Positions 29,341-43,877 of a stretch of DNA of 64,000 nt are shown piece after piece. Source of the DNA: an uncultured Acidimicrobiia bacterium. Its GTDB lineage: Bacteria > Actinomycetota > Acidimicrobiia > Acidimicrobiales > AC-14. The DNA lies in contig CAWIIV010000006.1 of assembly GCA_963836205.1 (NCBI GenBank), forward strand, positions 128,001 to 192,000, given 5' to 3'. Under the pieces are notes generated by a model, which was not told where the DNA came from, did no database searches, and saw only the letters and a list, made by a program, of their open reading frames with translations. Numbering within the stretch: position 1 is the first letter of the stretch; each line of letters opens with the position of its first letter. A program made the translations under genes and the position numbers.

Positions 29341-29889
29341 TTAGAACTGGACGTTTACGGGGCCGCGGCTGGTGTCGTCGGCCTCGAAGAACTCCTGTTG
29401 CTTGAAGCCGAAGCGGGCGGCCACGAAGTTCGACGGGAAGGTCTCGATCTTGTTGTTCAGCTGGAGGACGGCGTCGTTGTAGAACTGCCGGGCATAGCTG
29501 ATGCGGCCCTCGGTGCCGGTGAGCTCCTCCTGCAGGGACAGGAAGTTCTCGTTGGCCTTCAGCTCGGGGTAGGCCTCGGCCACCGCGAACAGCGACTTGA
29601 GGGCGCCGGTGAGCATGTTCTCCGACTGGGCCTGCTCGGCCACCCCGGAGGCGTTGATGGCGTTGGCCCGGGCCTGGGTGACGGCCTCGAAGGTCTCCCG
29701 CTCGTGCTTGGCGTAGCCCTTGACCGTCTCCACCAGGTTGGGGATGAGGTCGTACCGGCGCCGGAGCTGCACGTCGATCTGCGACCACGAGTTCTTGACC
29801 CGGTTCCGAAGGCGGACCAGGCCGTTGTACGTGAGCACCACGTACAGGACGAGGAGGACGACGACGCCGACGAGGATCCACAGGAGCAT
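29341..29889 (-). CDS. lemA: LemA family protein
   Basis: [36 protein letters not shown]; TATGAT upstream. Confidence 0.95.
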   Translation of the reverse strand: MLLWILVGVVVLLVLYVVLTYNGLVRLRNRVKNSWSQIDVQLRRRYDLIPNLVETVKGYAKHERETFEAVTQARANAINASGVAEQAQSENMLTGALKSLFAVAEAYPELKANENFLSLQEELTGTEGRISYARQFYNDAVLQLNNKIETFPSNFVAARFGFKQQEFFEADDTSRGPVNVQF

Positions 29890-29945
29890 GCGGTCCCAAT
29901 CATACGGCGTGCCGTCGCTGCCGGCTGGCCGTCTCCCGCCGGAGC

Positions 29946-30086
29946 CGAACTGGTGACGTTTTCGGTGGCCCTGGCCCCCAGAATCGTCACCAGTTCGCCA
30001 CTCGCCGCCAACCGGTGACGTTTTCGGTGGCCCTCGCCCCAGAACTCGTCACCAGTTCGCCACCCCCGCCGGCTGTCACCGGTTCG
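29946..30086. repeat. REP-like palindromes, two full copies plus a half copy
   Basis: CGAACTGGTGAC...GTCACCAGTTCG at 29946-29997 and about 30009-30059; GTCACCGGTTCG half site at about 30075. Confidence 0.85.
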
Positions 30087-30092
30087 CCTCCG

Positions 30093-31178
30093 TCAGACCC
30101 GGGCGATGGCTCCTTGGAAGAGGTCGACGTAGCGCTCGGCGAGGTGGTCCATGGAGAACTGGTTGGCCCTCGCCTCCCCGGCCACCACCAGCCGGGCGGC
30201 GGTGGACGGCTCGTACAGGACCCGGGTGAGGGCGGCGGCCAGCGCGGTCGGGTTCCCGGGCGGGACCAGGAGGGCCGCCTGGCCACACCCTCCCCCACCA
30301 GCCACGTTGCGGTAGCCGGGGATGTCGCTGGCCACGACCGGGGTCTGGGCGGCCATGCCCTCCAGCAGCACCATCCCGAACGACTCCCCCCGCAGCGACG
30401 GGGCGCACAGGGCGTCGGCGCCCCGCAGCCGGGCCGCCCGCTCCCCGTCGCCGATGCGGCCCAGCCACTCCACCCGCTGGTCGCCCACGCTGAGGGCGGT
30501 GAGCTTCGCCGTCTCGGGTCCGTCGCTCGCCACCCACAGGCGAGCGTCGGTGGGCAGGCGGGCCATGGCGGCCAGCAGGACTTCGAGCCCCTTGCGGGAC
30601 TCGTGGCGGGACATGAACAGCACCGTCGGGCCCGTGGTCGGCCACGGCGTGGCCTTGGCGAAGCGCTCCACCTCGATCCCGTTGAACAAGACCTGGTAGT
30701 CGCCGCCCAGGGCCCGCGCCGCCATGGCCCGGGCGTCCTCCGAGACCGCGCAGCGGACGGTGAGGCGCCGGGCCAGCCAGCGGGCAAGGGGCCGCATCAC
30801 CCGGTAGGCGGCACTCACCCCGGAGGCGTGGAAGGTGCCCACCATCGGGATCGACGCCAGGGCCAGGCTGGTGAGGGTGGGGCCGGGGGCCAGCGGCTCG
30901 TGCAGGTGGAGGACGTCGAACGGCTCGTCGCGGAGCACGGCCATGGTGCGCAGGGCGCACGACGGGTCGGGCGCGATGGGTGCCATGGAGCCGTTGGCGG
31001 CGGTGGGGATGCTGTTGCCGAGAGGAATCACCCCCACCTCGGGCGGCGGGCCGTCGCACGGGCCGAGCACGCGGGCGTCGTGGCCGAGCGTCCGCAGCGC
31101 CCGGGCCAGCCCCAGGACCTGGCCCTGCACCCCACCGGGGATGGTGAGGCTGTACGGGCAGACGACGGCGATCCGCAC
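30093..31178 (-). CDS. pimA: GT4 glycosyltransferase, PimA-like phosphatidylinositol mannosyltransferase
   Basis: RIAVVCPYS..PGGVQ, HLHEP, RKG, GESFGMVLLEGMA; near pdxS as in other actinobacteria. Confidence 0.75.
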   Translation of the reverse strand: MRIAVVCPYSLTIPGGVQGQVLGLARALRTLGHDARVLGPCDGPPPEVGVIPLGNSIPTAANGSMAPIAPDPSCALRTMAVLRDEPFDVLHLHEPLAPGPTLTSLALASIPMVGTFHASGVSAAYRVMRPLARWLARRLTVRCAVSEDARAMAARALGGDYQVLFNGIEVERFAKATPWPTTGPTVLFMSRHESRKGLEVLLAAMARLPTDARLWVASDGPETAKLTALSVGDQRVEWLGRIGDGERAARLRGADALCAPSLRGESFGMVLLEGMAAQTPVVASDIPGYRNVAGGGGCGQAALLVPPGNPTALAAALTRVLYEPSTAARLVVAGEARANQFSMDHLAERYVDLFQGAIARV

Positions 31179-31259
31179 GAACCGGAGCGTACCGGCGCCG
31201 GACCAGACCGGCTTGAGGAAGACTGTCCCGATGAATGATGCCCGAGTGAAGGATGCCCA

Positions 31260-33770
<2,511 letters not shown>

Positions 33771-33776
33771 AGCGCG

Positions 33777-34698
33777 TTGGAACCGCCTCTGGTGCGGTGC
33801 GCGGTGGCGCCAGGGGTGCCGTCGCCCGCGATCGGCGACGCCGTCGTCGCCGGAGGTGGGGTGATCGTCGACCCGGCGGAGGCTGACGCCCTGGTGTGGA
33901 CCGAGCCCCTGGACGGCCCCGGGTTGGCCAAGACCCTGGCCGGTGCGCCGGGCGTCCGGTGGGTGCAGCTGCCCTTCGTCGGGGGTCGACGCCTTCACCT
34001 CGCTCCTCGACGACACACGGGTCTGGACCAGCCCCAAGGGCGCCTACGCCGAGCCGGTGGCCGAGCACGCCCTCGCCCTCGGCCTGGCCGGGCTCCGCCA
34101 CCTCCCGACCCGGGCCCGGGCCCGGGAGTGGGGCGAGCAGGCGGGACGGCGGCTGATGGGCGGGCGGGTCACCATCGTCGGCGGCGGGGGCATCGCGGAG
34201 GCGCTGTTGCGTTTGCTGGAGCCGTTCACGGTCGACTCGACGGTCGTCCGTCGCCACGTCCGGCCGGTCGTCGGCGCCACCCGGGTGGTGGGAGCCGACC
34301 GCCTCCACGACGCCCTGCCCGGCGCCGACCTGGTCTTCCTCGCCCTTGCCCTCACCCCGGAGACCACCGGGATCATCGGCGGGGCCGAGCTCGACCTCAT
34401 GGAGTCCCACGCCTGGCTGGTCAACGTGGCCCGGGGCAGGCACGTGGTCACCGACGACCTGGTGGCCGCCCTCCGCCGCCGGTCGATCGGCGGGGCCGCC
34501 CTCGACGTCACCGAGCCGGAGCCCCTGCCCGCCGACCATCCCCTCTGGCAGCTCGACAACTGCCTGGTCACGCCCCACACGGCCAACACGTGGGCGATGG
34601 CCGAGCCCCTCTTCGCGGGCCGGGTGGCGGAGAACGTCGCCCGCTTCCGCCGGGGGGAGGAGCTCCTCGGCCGGGTCAGCCCCCGCCTGGGCTACTGA
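33777..34698 (+). CDS. D-isomer specific 2-hydroxyacid dehydrogenase, frameshift in G5 run at 33981
   Basis: RWVQLPF.G|VD, YAEPVAEH, GGGGIA, VNVARG, ALDVTEPEPLP, TPHTA. Confidence 0.85.
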
Positions 34699-35488
34699 CG
34701 ACCGCGGCGACGGTGACGACCACCCGGTCCATGACCGGCGGGTCGAGGGGCACCCGGTCGGGGGTGCCGGCGACCACCCAGAGGGTGTGGGTGCCGGCGG
34801 CGAGGTCGGGGACGGCGACCGTGGCCTCCGCCGACTGGACCACGCCCGGCTCGTCCGGGATCGGCTGGCCTGCGGGCGGCGCGTCGCGGTCGACCAGCAC
34901 GTAATACAGGCCGTCACCGGGGACGGCGAAGCCCTCGGACTGCACCTGGAGGACGACCGGCTCGCCCGCGGCCGGGTTCGGTGGGGCCGAGGCGTCGATC
35001 GACGGGCCGGCGACGGTGAACGAGGTGGCGGCCTCGTTGCGGCCGATCCGGCGGTGGGTACCATCGCCGTAGACGACGGACACCCGGTGGGGGCCGACCC
35101 GGAGGCCGGGGACGACGATGGGGTCGTCGGTGGTGTGGACGATGTCGGCCGCTACGGGGATCACCATCCCTGTGTCGACCGGGTCACGGTCGATGAACAC
35201 GTGGTAGTGCCCGGTGCGCCCGCCGATCGCCCCGTCGGCGGCGACGATGGTGATCCCCGAGCCGGTGACGTCGAGGCGCAGGACGTTGCCCCCGATCACG
35301 TCGCCGGTGGCAGGCGACACGATGGCGAGCACGCTCGGTGGCCCCGACGTGGTGGGAGGCGTCGCCTCGGCGGCCGTCGTCGGAGTGATGACGGCTTCGT
35401 CGCCACCGCCGCCGCTGTCACCGCACCCGGCCGCCGTCGCCACGAGCAGCGCGGCGAAAGCAACGTTCCGGAGCCGCGGCGACCTCAT
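34676..35488 (-). CDS. Lipoprotein with DUF4399-like Ig-fold repeats
   Basis: Lipobox AAGC; GHYHVFID...YGDGTH and a degenerate second repeat. Confidence 0.65.
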   Translation of the reverse strand: MRSPRLRNVAFAALLVATAAGCGDSGGGGDEAVITPTTAAEATPPTTSGPPSVLAIVSPATGDVIGGNVLRLDVTGSGITIVAADGAIGGRTGHYHVFIDRDPVDTGMVIPVAADIVHTTDDPIVVPGLRVGPHRVSVVYGDGTHRRIGRNEAATSFTVAGPSIDASAPPNPAAGEPVVLQVQSEGFAVPGDGLYYVLVDRDAPPAGQPIPDEPGVVQSAEATVAVPDLAAGTHTLWVVAGTPDRVPLDPPVMDRVVVTVAAVVSSPGGG

Positions 35489-35520
35489 CGCCGCCGAAGC
35501 TAGCCCCCGGGCATCCGCCG

Positions 35521-36372
35521 TCAGTACACCCAGACCGGCGAGCCGACCGGCATGAGGCCCTCGGCCCAGATCCAGTCCATGGCCGCGTTGCTCACCCGGA
35601 CGCAGCCGTGGGAGGCGGGGTAGGCGGGCACGTCGGAGTAGCCATGCACGGCGATGCCGTCGCCGTGGAAGTACCGGGGCCGGTAGAGGCCGCCCAGCTC
35701 GCCCACGTCGAGGCCGTCGACGACCCACGCCACCTGCCAGTGGCCGGCGGGCGTGTCGGCCATCTCGGTGCGACCGTCGACCCAGTAGGGCTCCTCGGTG
35801 CCGGTGGACGCGTTGAGGACCCACCGCACGGCCCCGTCCCGCACCACGAACAGCACCTGCCGGGCCTTGTCGACCTCGATCAGGTCGCCGCCGGAGCTGG
35901 CCGGCGACGGCCGGGAGGCGTCCGCAAGGGCGGCGACGGTGGCCGCCCCCGCGATGCCGTCCCGCTCCATGCCCTCCACCTTCTGGAAGGCCATGACCGC
36001 CTGGACGGTGAGCCCGCCGTAGGTGCCGTCGGGGGTGCCGAGCCAGTAGCCGAGGCTGCGCAGTGCCTGCTGGAGGGCGAGGACCTCGGGACCGGTGGCA
36101 CCGGGGCGCAGGGTCGTGGGCTCGGGATCGGGGGTCGGGACAGGCGTCGGCACGGGCTCGGGGACGGTCGTCCTCGGCGGACGCGGCGGCGGCTCGGTCG
36201 TGGGCGGGGTGACGGTCGTGGGGGGCAGCGTCGGTACCGTGGTCGCGATGGGAACGGGCTCGTTCGGGACCTCGGCTGCTGCGTTGGTGAGGGCGAAGAG
36301 GGCGACGGCAACGACCGCGGTGAGCGCCGCGATCGCCGCCGACATGCGCTGGAGGATGCGTGTCGTTCTCAT
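35521..36372 (-). CDS. L,D-transpeptidase (YkuD) with peptidoglycan-binding domain
   Basis: Signal peptide; LQQAL..LGY...DG.YG..T..AV.AFQ; AVHG...ASHGCVRV. Confidence 0.92.
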   Translation of the reverse strand: MRTTRILQRMSAAIAALTAVVAVALFALTNAAAEVPNEPVPIATTVPTLPPTTVTPPTTEPPPRPPRTTVPEPVPTPVPTPDPEPTTLRPGATGPEVLALQQALRSLGYWLGTPDGTYGGLTVQAVMAFQKVEGMERDGIAGAATVAALADASRPSPASSGGDLIEVDKARQVLFVVRDGAVRWVLNASTGTEEPYWVDGRTEMADTPAGHWQVAWVVDGLDVGELGGLYRPRYFHGDGIAVHGYSDVPAYPASHGCVRVSNAAMDWIWAEGLMPVGSPVWVY

Positions 36373-36469
36373 GCCTGGTCGGACGGGTCGGGGGGTGCCT
36401 TCGTTCCGTTGCAGTTCGGTAACAACGGGATTGGAAGGAATGGGTGTCGACACCCGTCGAAGCCCGAGA

Positions 36470-37087
36470 ATGGACATCGTGCTCGCCCTGCCGATCCCCA
36501 CCTGGCTGGTGGGCCTGCTGCGGGCGGTGGCGCCCGTCCCCCCCACCTCCGGCGACGTCGACCGCATGGTCGTGGCCCGGGCCCGGCGGGGTGACCACCG
36601 GGCCTTTGCCCAGATCGTCGACCACTACGACCACCGCCTGCGGGGACTGGCCTACCGCCTCCTGCGCGACCGCGACCGGATGGACGACGTGCTCCAGGAG
36701 GCGTACGTCAAGGCGTTCCGATCGCTGCCCCGTTTCAAGGGCGAGTCGGCCCTCGGGACCTGGCTCTACCGGATCGTCTACAACGCCTGTATCGACGACC
36801 TCCGCTCCCGGAAGGATGCGGTGTCCCTCGACGACCAGGCCGCCCCGGTGGATATGGCCGACACCCGCCCCGGCCCGGCCGACGTCGCCGTGGGCCGGCA
36901 TGACCTGGCCGACGCCCTCGACACCCTGCCTGCCGACCAGCGGGCGGCGGTGATGCTGGTCGATGCCTACGGCCTCGACTACGGCGAGGCGGCCGACGTC
37001 CTCGGGGTGGCCGCCGGCACCGTCGGATCCCGCCTCAGCCGGGCCCGGTCCGCCCTGCGCGCCGTCCTGGGGGACGACGGCCGGTGA
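36470..37087 (+). CDS. ECF RNA polymerase sigma factor
   Basis: DDVLQEAYVKAFR, TWLYRIVYNACID, GTVGSRLSRAR. Start uncertain. Confidence 0.9.
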   Translation: MDIVLALPIPTWLVGLLRAVAPVPPTSGDVDRMVVARARRGDHRAFAQIVDHYDHRLRGLAYRLLRDRDRMDDVLQEAYVKAFRSLPRFKGESALGTWLYRIVYNACIDDLRSRKDAVSLDDQAAPVDMADTRPGPADVAVGRHDLADALDTLPADQRAAVMLVDAYGLDYGEAADVLGVAAGTVGSRLSRARSALRAVLGDDGR

Positions 37088-38511
37088 ACGACCGCCCGCC
37101 CGACCGGGACGAGCTCCTGGGCCAGGCCCTTCGCCGCCTCGAGGTCCCCGACCACGGTCCCGACTTCTACCCGCAGCTGATGGCCCGCCTGGCCGACGCC
37201 GGCACAGGCGCCGGCGCGAGTCGCCTGGCCCGTCAGACCCGCCGGTCTCGCTGGACCAGCCCCTACCTGCTCACGGCGGTGGTGGCGGCGGTGCTGGTCA
37301 TCGTGGTGGGCACCATGTCGGTGCTGCGGCAAGGCGAGCCCAGCATCGACGAGCCGGTGCTCATCACCGCGTCCGAGGTCCGCAGCCGGGTGGCGGGCGC
37401 GCTGGCGTCGCTCGACACCCTCCGGGGCGAGATCACCCTCGACTGCGACATCCCCTGGGGGACCTGCACCCCGCCGGAGACAGGAGTCCGCACCACCTTG
37501 CGGTGGTCGTTCGTCACCACGGCCGACGGCGACGAGCGGGTGACGGGTATCGGGGTCACCGACGACACTGCGTTCAGCGCGTCGACCCGGACCCAACGGG
37601 AGGTCGTCGACTTCGGCGGGGGGCCCCAAGGGGTCGAGACCACCAATGTCGGGGCCGGTCCCCCCGACTACTCGGTGGGACGCTCGCCGCTGCGGCGGGA
37701 GCTGGGGTCGGTGGTGCGGGCGTTCGTCACCGACACGGCCGACGTGCCCGTCACCGACACCGTCGAGCAGGGGCGGGCCGCCTGGCGGCTGGTGACGCCG
37801 GTGGTGCCCAACAAGCTGGCCGGACCGGGCGGCAGCGGCGACCAGTTGGAGGTGATCGTCGACCGCGAGAGCGGCTTCCCGCTGCGCATCACCGAATCGC
37901 TGGAGGGACGATTCCTGCACCAGGTGAGCCTCTCCGGGCTGGTCGCCGACGAGCCCGTCGACCCGGAGATGTTCGAGTTCGACTTCCCCGCGGGGATCGA
38001 CGTGTTCCGCCGCGACGCCGGGTACCGGCGGGTCACCGTCGAGCAGGCAGCGGCCATCGTCGGGTACCAGCCGTTGCTCCCGACCGACCTTCCCGACGGC
38101 TTCGAGCTGGCTGAGGTGACGGCGGCCGGCGAGGGCGGCGGCACCGGCACCGAGGGCATGAACCCGGCCGCCCCCGGCGTGGTGTCGGTGGCCTATCGCC
38201 GGGGCTTCGACCGGATCGTGGTGACGACCCGTCTGACCGACGGGTTCTCCCGCTGCAACCGGGAGCTGCCGGGGTCGGACCCGTCGGCGTGCTGGGCCGA
38301 TCCGCTGTCGTCGGGGGAGGGCTTCGTCGACGAGCCGGCGCCGTTCGTCGTCGGCGACGGCTCACTGGCCGGGGCCGACGCCGAACTGGTCGTCTCGCCC
38401 CGGGGCATCCCCCACGTGTGGACCATCGACGACCGCCTGGTGGCCACCATCGCCGGCGACGCCTCGGCGGTGGAACTGCGGCGGATGACGGAGTCGTTCG
38501 CGCCCGCCTGA
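37084..38511 (+). CDS. Putative anti-sigma factor: single TM plus extracytoplasmic LolA/RseB-like domain
   Basis: GTGA overlap with the sigma gene; TM helix; VDRESGFPLR..VDPEMFEF. Confidence 0.65.
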   Translation: MNDRPPDRDELLGQALRRLEVPDHGPDFYPQLMARLADAGTGAGASRLARQTRRSRWTSPYLLTAVVAAVLVIVVGTMSVLRQGEPSIDEPVLITASEVRSRVAGALASLDTLRGEITLDCDIPWGTCTPPETGVRTTLRWSFVTTADGDERVTGIGVTDDTAFSASTRTQREVVDFGGGPQGVETTNVGAGPPDYSVGRSPLRRELGSVVRAFVTDTADVPVTDTVEQGRAAWRLVTPVVPNKLAGPGGSGDQLEVIVDRESGFPLRITESLEGRFLHQVSLSGLVADEPVDPEMFEFDFPAGIDVFRRDAGYRRVTVEQAAAIVGYQPLLPTDLPDGFELAEVTAAGEGGGTGTEGMNPAAPGVVSVAYRRGFDRIVVTTRLTDGFSRCNRELPGSDPSACWADPLSSGEGFVDEPAPFVVGDGSLAGADAELVVSPRGIPHVWTIDDRLVATIAGDASAVELRRMTESFAPA

Positions 38512-38761
38512 CGGCCGCTACCGGCGGGCCCGGCCGGTGATCCGGACGACGACCCGGTGGCCAACACGCCGAGGGGGACGAGCGGTCCCACTTCGGCCCC
38601 GGGTGAACGGAAGCCGACCCCGGTCGGGCCGGCAGTCCGGTCGGTCCGGGCACCCCGCTCGGCCCGGTCGCATCCGGATCCCGTGTTCACCGGGAGGGAG
38701 CAGTGAGGCGCCCTCTTCCGTACGGCCGTCGGGCGAGCGTCACCCGACGCCTACCCGCGGC

Positions 38762-39277
38762 CTACGTGGGCGGCGGGGGCGGGGGCGGGGGCGGGGGCGG
38801 GGGCGGTATGGCGAAGACGTTGGCCGCGTGGGCGGTGAGGGCGAACTGCGACAGCGCCGGTGACGTGATCGCGCAGCCGGTCCCCACCCGCTGGCCGGTT
38901 CGGGTGCCCGACAGCGTGTAGGTGCCGTCCCCGCCGAACTGGGTGAAATCGGGACCCGTGTAGGCGAAGTCGAACGTGCCTGACTCGCGTACGACCGCCC
39001 GGCAGGTCCTGGGGTCGAGAACCTCGGTGTGGGTGGTGGGCGTCTGGCTCAGGAAGACATCGCCCGCCGGAAGGTGAAGCGTCTCGCTGTTGGCGCTCGT
39101 CTCGATGAAGGTGCCGACCCCGCTGACGACGATGCCTTGGGCAACGGCGATGCGGACGCCGCCGTTCTTCGTCAGGTAGAAGTCCTGGAGCGGAGCCGCC
39201 GAGACCGAGGGGGCGGCAACCATCAGGATGGCTACCGACACGGAGACGCAGAGCGCAGCGAACACACGTCGTTTCAA
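38762..39277 (-). CDS. Secreted hypothetical protein with poly-Pro tail
   Basis: AGGAGA RBS, TTG start, signal peptide MKRR...VSA, two Cys in the mature part. Confidence 0.6.
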   Translation of the reverse strand: MKRRVFAALCVSVSVAILMVAAPSVSAAPLQDFYLTKNGGVRIAVAQGIVVSGVGTFIETSANSETLHLPAGDVFLSQTPTTHTEVLDPRTCRAVVRESGTFDFAYTGPDFTQFGGDGTYTLSGTRTGQRVGTGCAITSPALSQFALTAHAANVFAIPPPPPPPPPPPPPT

Positions 39278-39340
39278 GGGGATCTCCTCGCCAAATCGAC
39301 TCTTGAACAGTCGAACAGTAACAACGTGGCGACGGTCCAG

Positions 39341-40087
39341 TTACAGGCGGACCCCCAGCGCGGTCGCACCGGCGTCGAGGAGAGAGCGCAGGGCAATGGC
39401 GCTGGCGGCGACCGCGACCACCTGTACCGCGGGGCCGGCAAGAGCCAGCACGCCCACCTCGCAACCGGGCCCGGCACCGGCGCCGTCGAGCACCACCGGT
39501 GCCGGATGGCGACCGACCGGGTCGACGACCAGTAACGAACCCGTGGCGCGCGCCCCGCCGCCGACCGCCGGGCTGGCCCAGGCCGGGTGAGCGAAGCCGA
39601 GGTCGACCTGGTGGCGGACCAGCGGCCGGCCATCGAGGTCGATGGACAGCCGGCTCGACACCGATCCGCCGACCTCTCGGTGGCGGCCCCGGACGATCTC
39701 CTCCCGCCACACGAGCGTGGCCCCGGCGGCCAGCCAGACCCGGGCACGGGCCCGATGGTCGCAGCCGGACGCGGCGACTGTGGGCTCCGGTAGCCACCGC
39801 AAGCTCCCGCCCTCCCCCACCTGGGCGTCGATCTCGACGACCGACGGGGCCGGTCCGGGCAGAACCACCGCGGCGGCGACCGTCCGCAGGGTGAGCTCGG
39901 CGCCGGGCCCGACCACGATCTCGATCCGCAGGACGTCGCCGCCGAGCGGGCCGCCGGCCCCCCCGACCAGGTGCACCAGTGTCCCCACCGCCGGCCGCAA
40001 CACCAACGGCCCCTCCGACCGCAGGCACGTCAACCGGGTGCCGCCCGCGCCGTCGGCCTCCACGACCACCCGCCCCCGGGCGATCAC
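39341..40087 (-). CDS. ureD: Urease accessory protein UreD
   Basis: GGPLGGD, WLPEP; last gene of the ure cluster. Confidence 0.85.
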   Translation of the reverse strand: MIARGRVVVEADGAGGTRLTCLRSEGPLVLRPAVGTLVHLVGGAGGPLGGDVLRIEIVVGPGAELTLRTVAAAVVLPGPAPSVVEIDAQVGEGGSLRWLPEPTVAASGCDHRARARVWLAAGATLVWREEIVRGRHREVGGSVSSRLSIDLDGRPLVRHQVDLGFAHPAWASPAVGGGARATGSLLVVDPVGRHPAPVVLDGAGAGPGCEVGVLALAGPAVQVVAVAASAIALRSLLDAGATALGVRL

Positions 40088-40767
40088 CCCCCCGGGCCGG
40101 GGTGGGCCGACCGCACCCGCCAGGCGGCCAGCTCGGCCCGCACCCAGGCGGCCGCGCCCGACGCGCCCCGGTCCTCCACCAGCGAGCTGAACAGCACCGG
40201 GCCCGTCCCCCGCCGGGCGCGGGCGTCGCGGTCCATCACGCCCAGGTCAGCTCCCACCAGGGCGGCCAGGTCGGTCTTGTTCACCACCAGCAGGTCCGCC
40301 GACGTCACCCCCGGACCACCCTTGCGAGGCACCTTGTCGCCCCCGGCCACGTCGATGACGAAGACCTGCCGGTCGACCAGGCCCCGGCTGAAGGTGGCAG
40401 TGAGGTTGTCGCCGCCGCTCTCCACCAGCACCAGGTCCAACGGCCGGTGGCGGGCCTCGAGGTCCTCGACCGCCTCCAGGTTGGCGGAGATGTCGTCGCG
40501 GATGGCGGTGTGGGGGCAGCAGCCGGTCTGGACGGCCACGATGCGGTCGTCGGCCAGCACGCCCGCCCGGCGGAGGAACTCGGCGTCCTCCTCGGTGTAG
40601 ATGTCGTTGGTGACGACGCCCAACCGCAGCTCGTCGCCCAGGGTGCGGCACAGGGCCGCCACCAGGGCCGTCTTGCCACTCCCCACCGGTCCGCCGATGC
40701 CGATGCGCAGGGCCCGGCCACCGGCGACCGCCGCCGGGTGGGCGTCGTGCGAGTGGTCATGAGGCAA
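40084..40767 (-). CDS. ureG: Urease accessory GTPase UreG
   Basis: [32 protein letters not shown]; His-rich N-terminus. Confidence 0.96.
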   Translation of the reverse strand: MPHDHSHDAHPAAVAGGRALRIGIGGPVGSGKTALVAALCRTLGDELRLGVVTNDIYTEEDAEFLRRAGVLADDRIVAVQTGCCPHTAIRDDISANLEAVEDLEARHRPLDLVLVESGGDNLTATFSRGLVDRQVFVIDVAGGDKVPRKGGPGVTSADLLVVNKTDLAALVGADLGVMDRDARARRGTGPVLFSSLVEDRGASGAAAWVRAELAAWRVRSAHPGPGG

Positions 40768-41407
40768 ACAGACGCACCTCCCGGAGGGCGTGGACCTCGG
40801 CGCCCAGGTCGAGCAGCGGGGCCGACGGGCAGGGGAGGCCGTCGAGCGAGACAGCGCCGTCGCCGGCGGCGAACGCAGCCGCTTCCGCCGCCACCTCGTC
40901 GATGGCGACGCCCAACCCCGCCACCACCGCCGACACCAGGAACGGGTCGAGCCCGAGCAGGCGGACGGCGGCGGTGGCCGGCGTCATCACCCCGTCGTAG
41001 GCCGCCCACCGGGCGGCATCCACCGGCGCCAGCCCGGCGGCGGCCGACACCACCCCGACCGCCACCGCATGGTGCGCCGACGTGACCGCCACCGGCCAGG
41101 CGTGGGCTGCCGACCGCAACAGCTGCCGCCCCTGGCGGCGGGACGCGGCCCGCAACGCGGGCGAGGCCATGCGGGCGTCGGCCTCGGCGTCGAGCACGTC
41201 CACCGACCACCGCCCGGCGCACGCCAACGCGGCCAGGCCCGCGGCCACCCGCACCGCGGTCGCCAACCGTCCGACCACGAAGGCCCGCAGCGACTCCACA
41301 TCGACCACCCCGCCCGCGGTGACCGCCTCCTCCAGTCCCCCCGAGTGGGCGTGTCCCCCCGAGGGGAAGCGCCCGTCCGCCAGGAACAGCGCGGCAACGA
41401 CGCTCAC
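40757..41407 (-). CDS. ureF: Urease accessory protein UreF
   Basis: [18 protein letters not shown] and C-terminal RLFAS. Confidence 0.92.
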   Translation of the reverse strand: MSVVAALFLADGRFPSGGHAHSGGLEEAVTAGGVVDVESLRAFVVGRLATAVRVAAGLAALACAGRWSVDVLDAEADARMASPALRAASRRQGRQLLRSAAHAWPVAVTSAHHAVAVGVVSAAAGLAPVDAARWAAYDGVMTPATAAVRLLGLDPFLVSAVVAGLGVAIDEVAAEAAAFAAGDGAVSLDGLPCPSAPLLDLGAEVHALREVRLFAS

Positions 41408-41477
41408 CGTCCGCCGGTTTCGATCGTCCGGAAGGTGGTTCGGGCCGGAATCACCACGCTGCCGACGCATGAAATCA

Positions 41478-43178
<1,701 letters not shown>

Positions 43179-43183
43179 GCAAC

Positions 43184-43501
43184 TCATTTGGCGGCATCGA
43201 GGGGACCGCCGACCTCGCCCCGCAGCCCGGCCACCACCCGCAGGCCGCCGATCGGCACCAGGTCGACCTCCCGCTCGATGCCCGGCTCGAAGCGCACCGC
43301 GGTGCCGGCGGGGATGGCCAGCCGCAGCCCCCGGGCCGCGGCCCGGTCGAACGCCAGGGCCGGATTCGCCTCCGCGAAGTGGTAGTGCGACCCCACCTGC
43401 ACCGGACGGTCACCGGTGTTGGCCACCACCAGCGTCGTCACCGGCTTCCCGACGTTGATCGCCACCGGCCCGTCCCCGAGGACGGTCTCCCCCGGGATCA
43501 T
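43184..43501 (-). CDS. ureB: Urease beta subunit
   Basis: [29 protein letters not shown]. Confidence 0.97.
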   Translation of the reverse strand: MIPGETVLGDGPVAINVGKPVTTLVVANTGDRPVQVGSHYHFAEANPALAFDRAAARGLRLAIPAGTAVRFEPGIEREVDLVPIGGLRVVAGLRGEVGGPLDAAK

Positions 43502-43503
43502 GG

Positions 43504-43553
43504 CGAACTGGTGACACATCGGGGGGCCAGGACCCCCCGAATCGTCACCAGTT
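43504..43553. repeat. REP-like palindrome between ureA and ureB
   Basis: CGAACTGGTGAC...GTCACCAGTT. Confidence 0.8.
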
Positions 43554-43568
43554 GCACCCGGGGCCGGC

Positions 43569-43871
<303 letters not shown>

Positions 43872-43877
43872 CGGTGG

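Noticed and set aside
38771-38806. G-rich (GGGGGC)n tract as a G-quadruplex or regulatory element
   Set aside because: Explained as poly-Pro codons at the end of the 38762-39277 gene.
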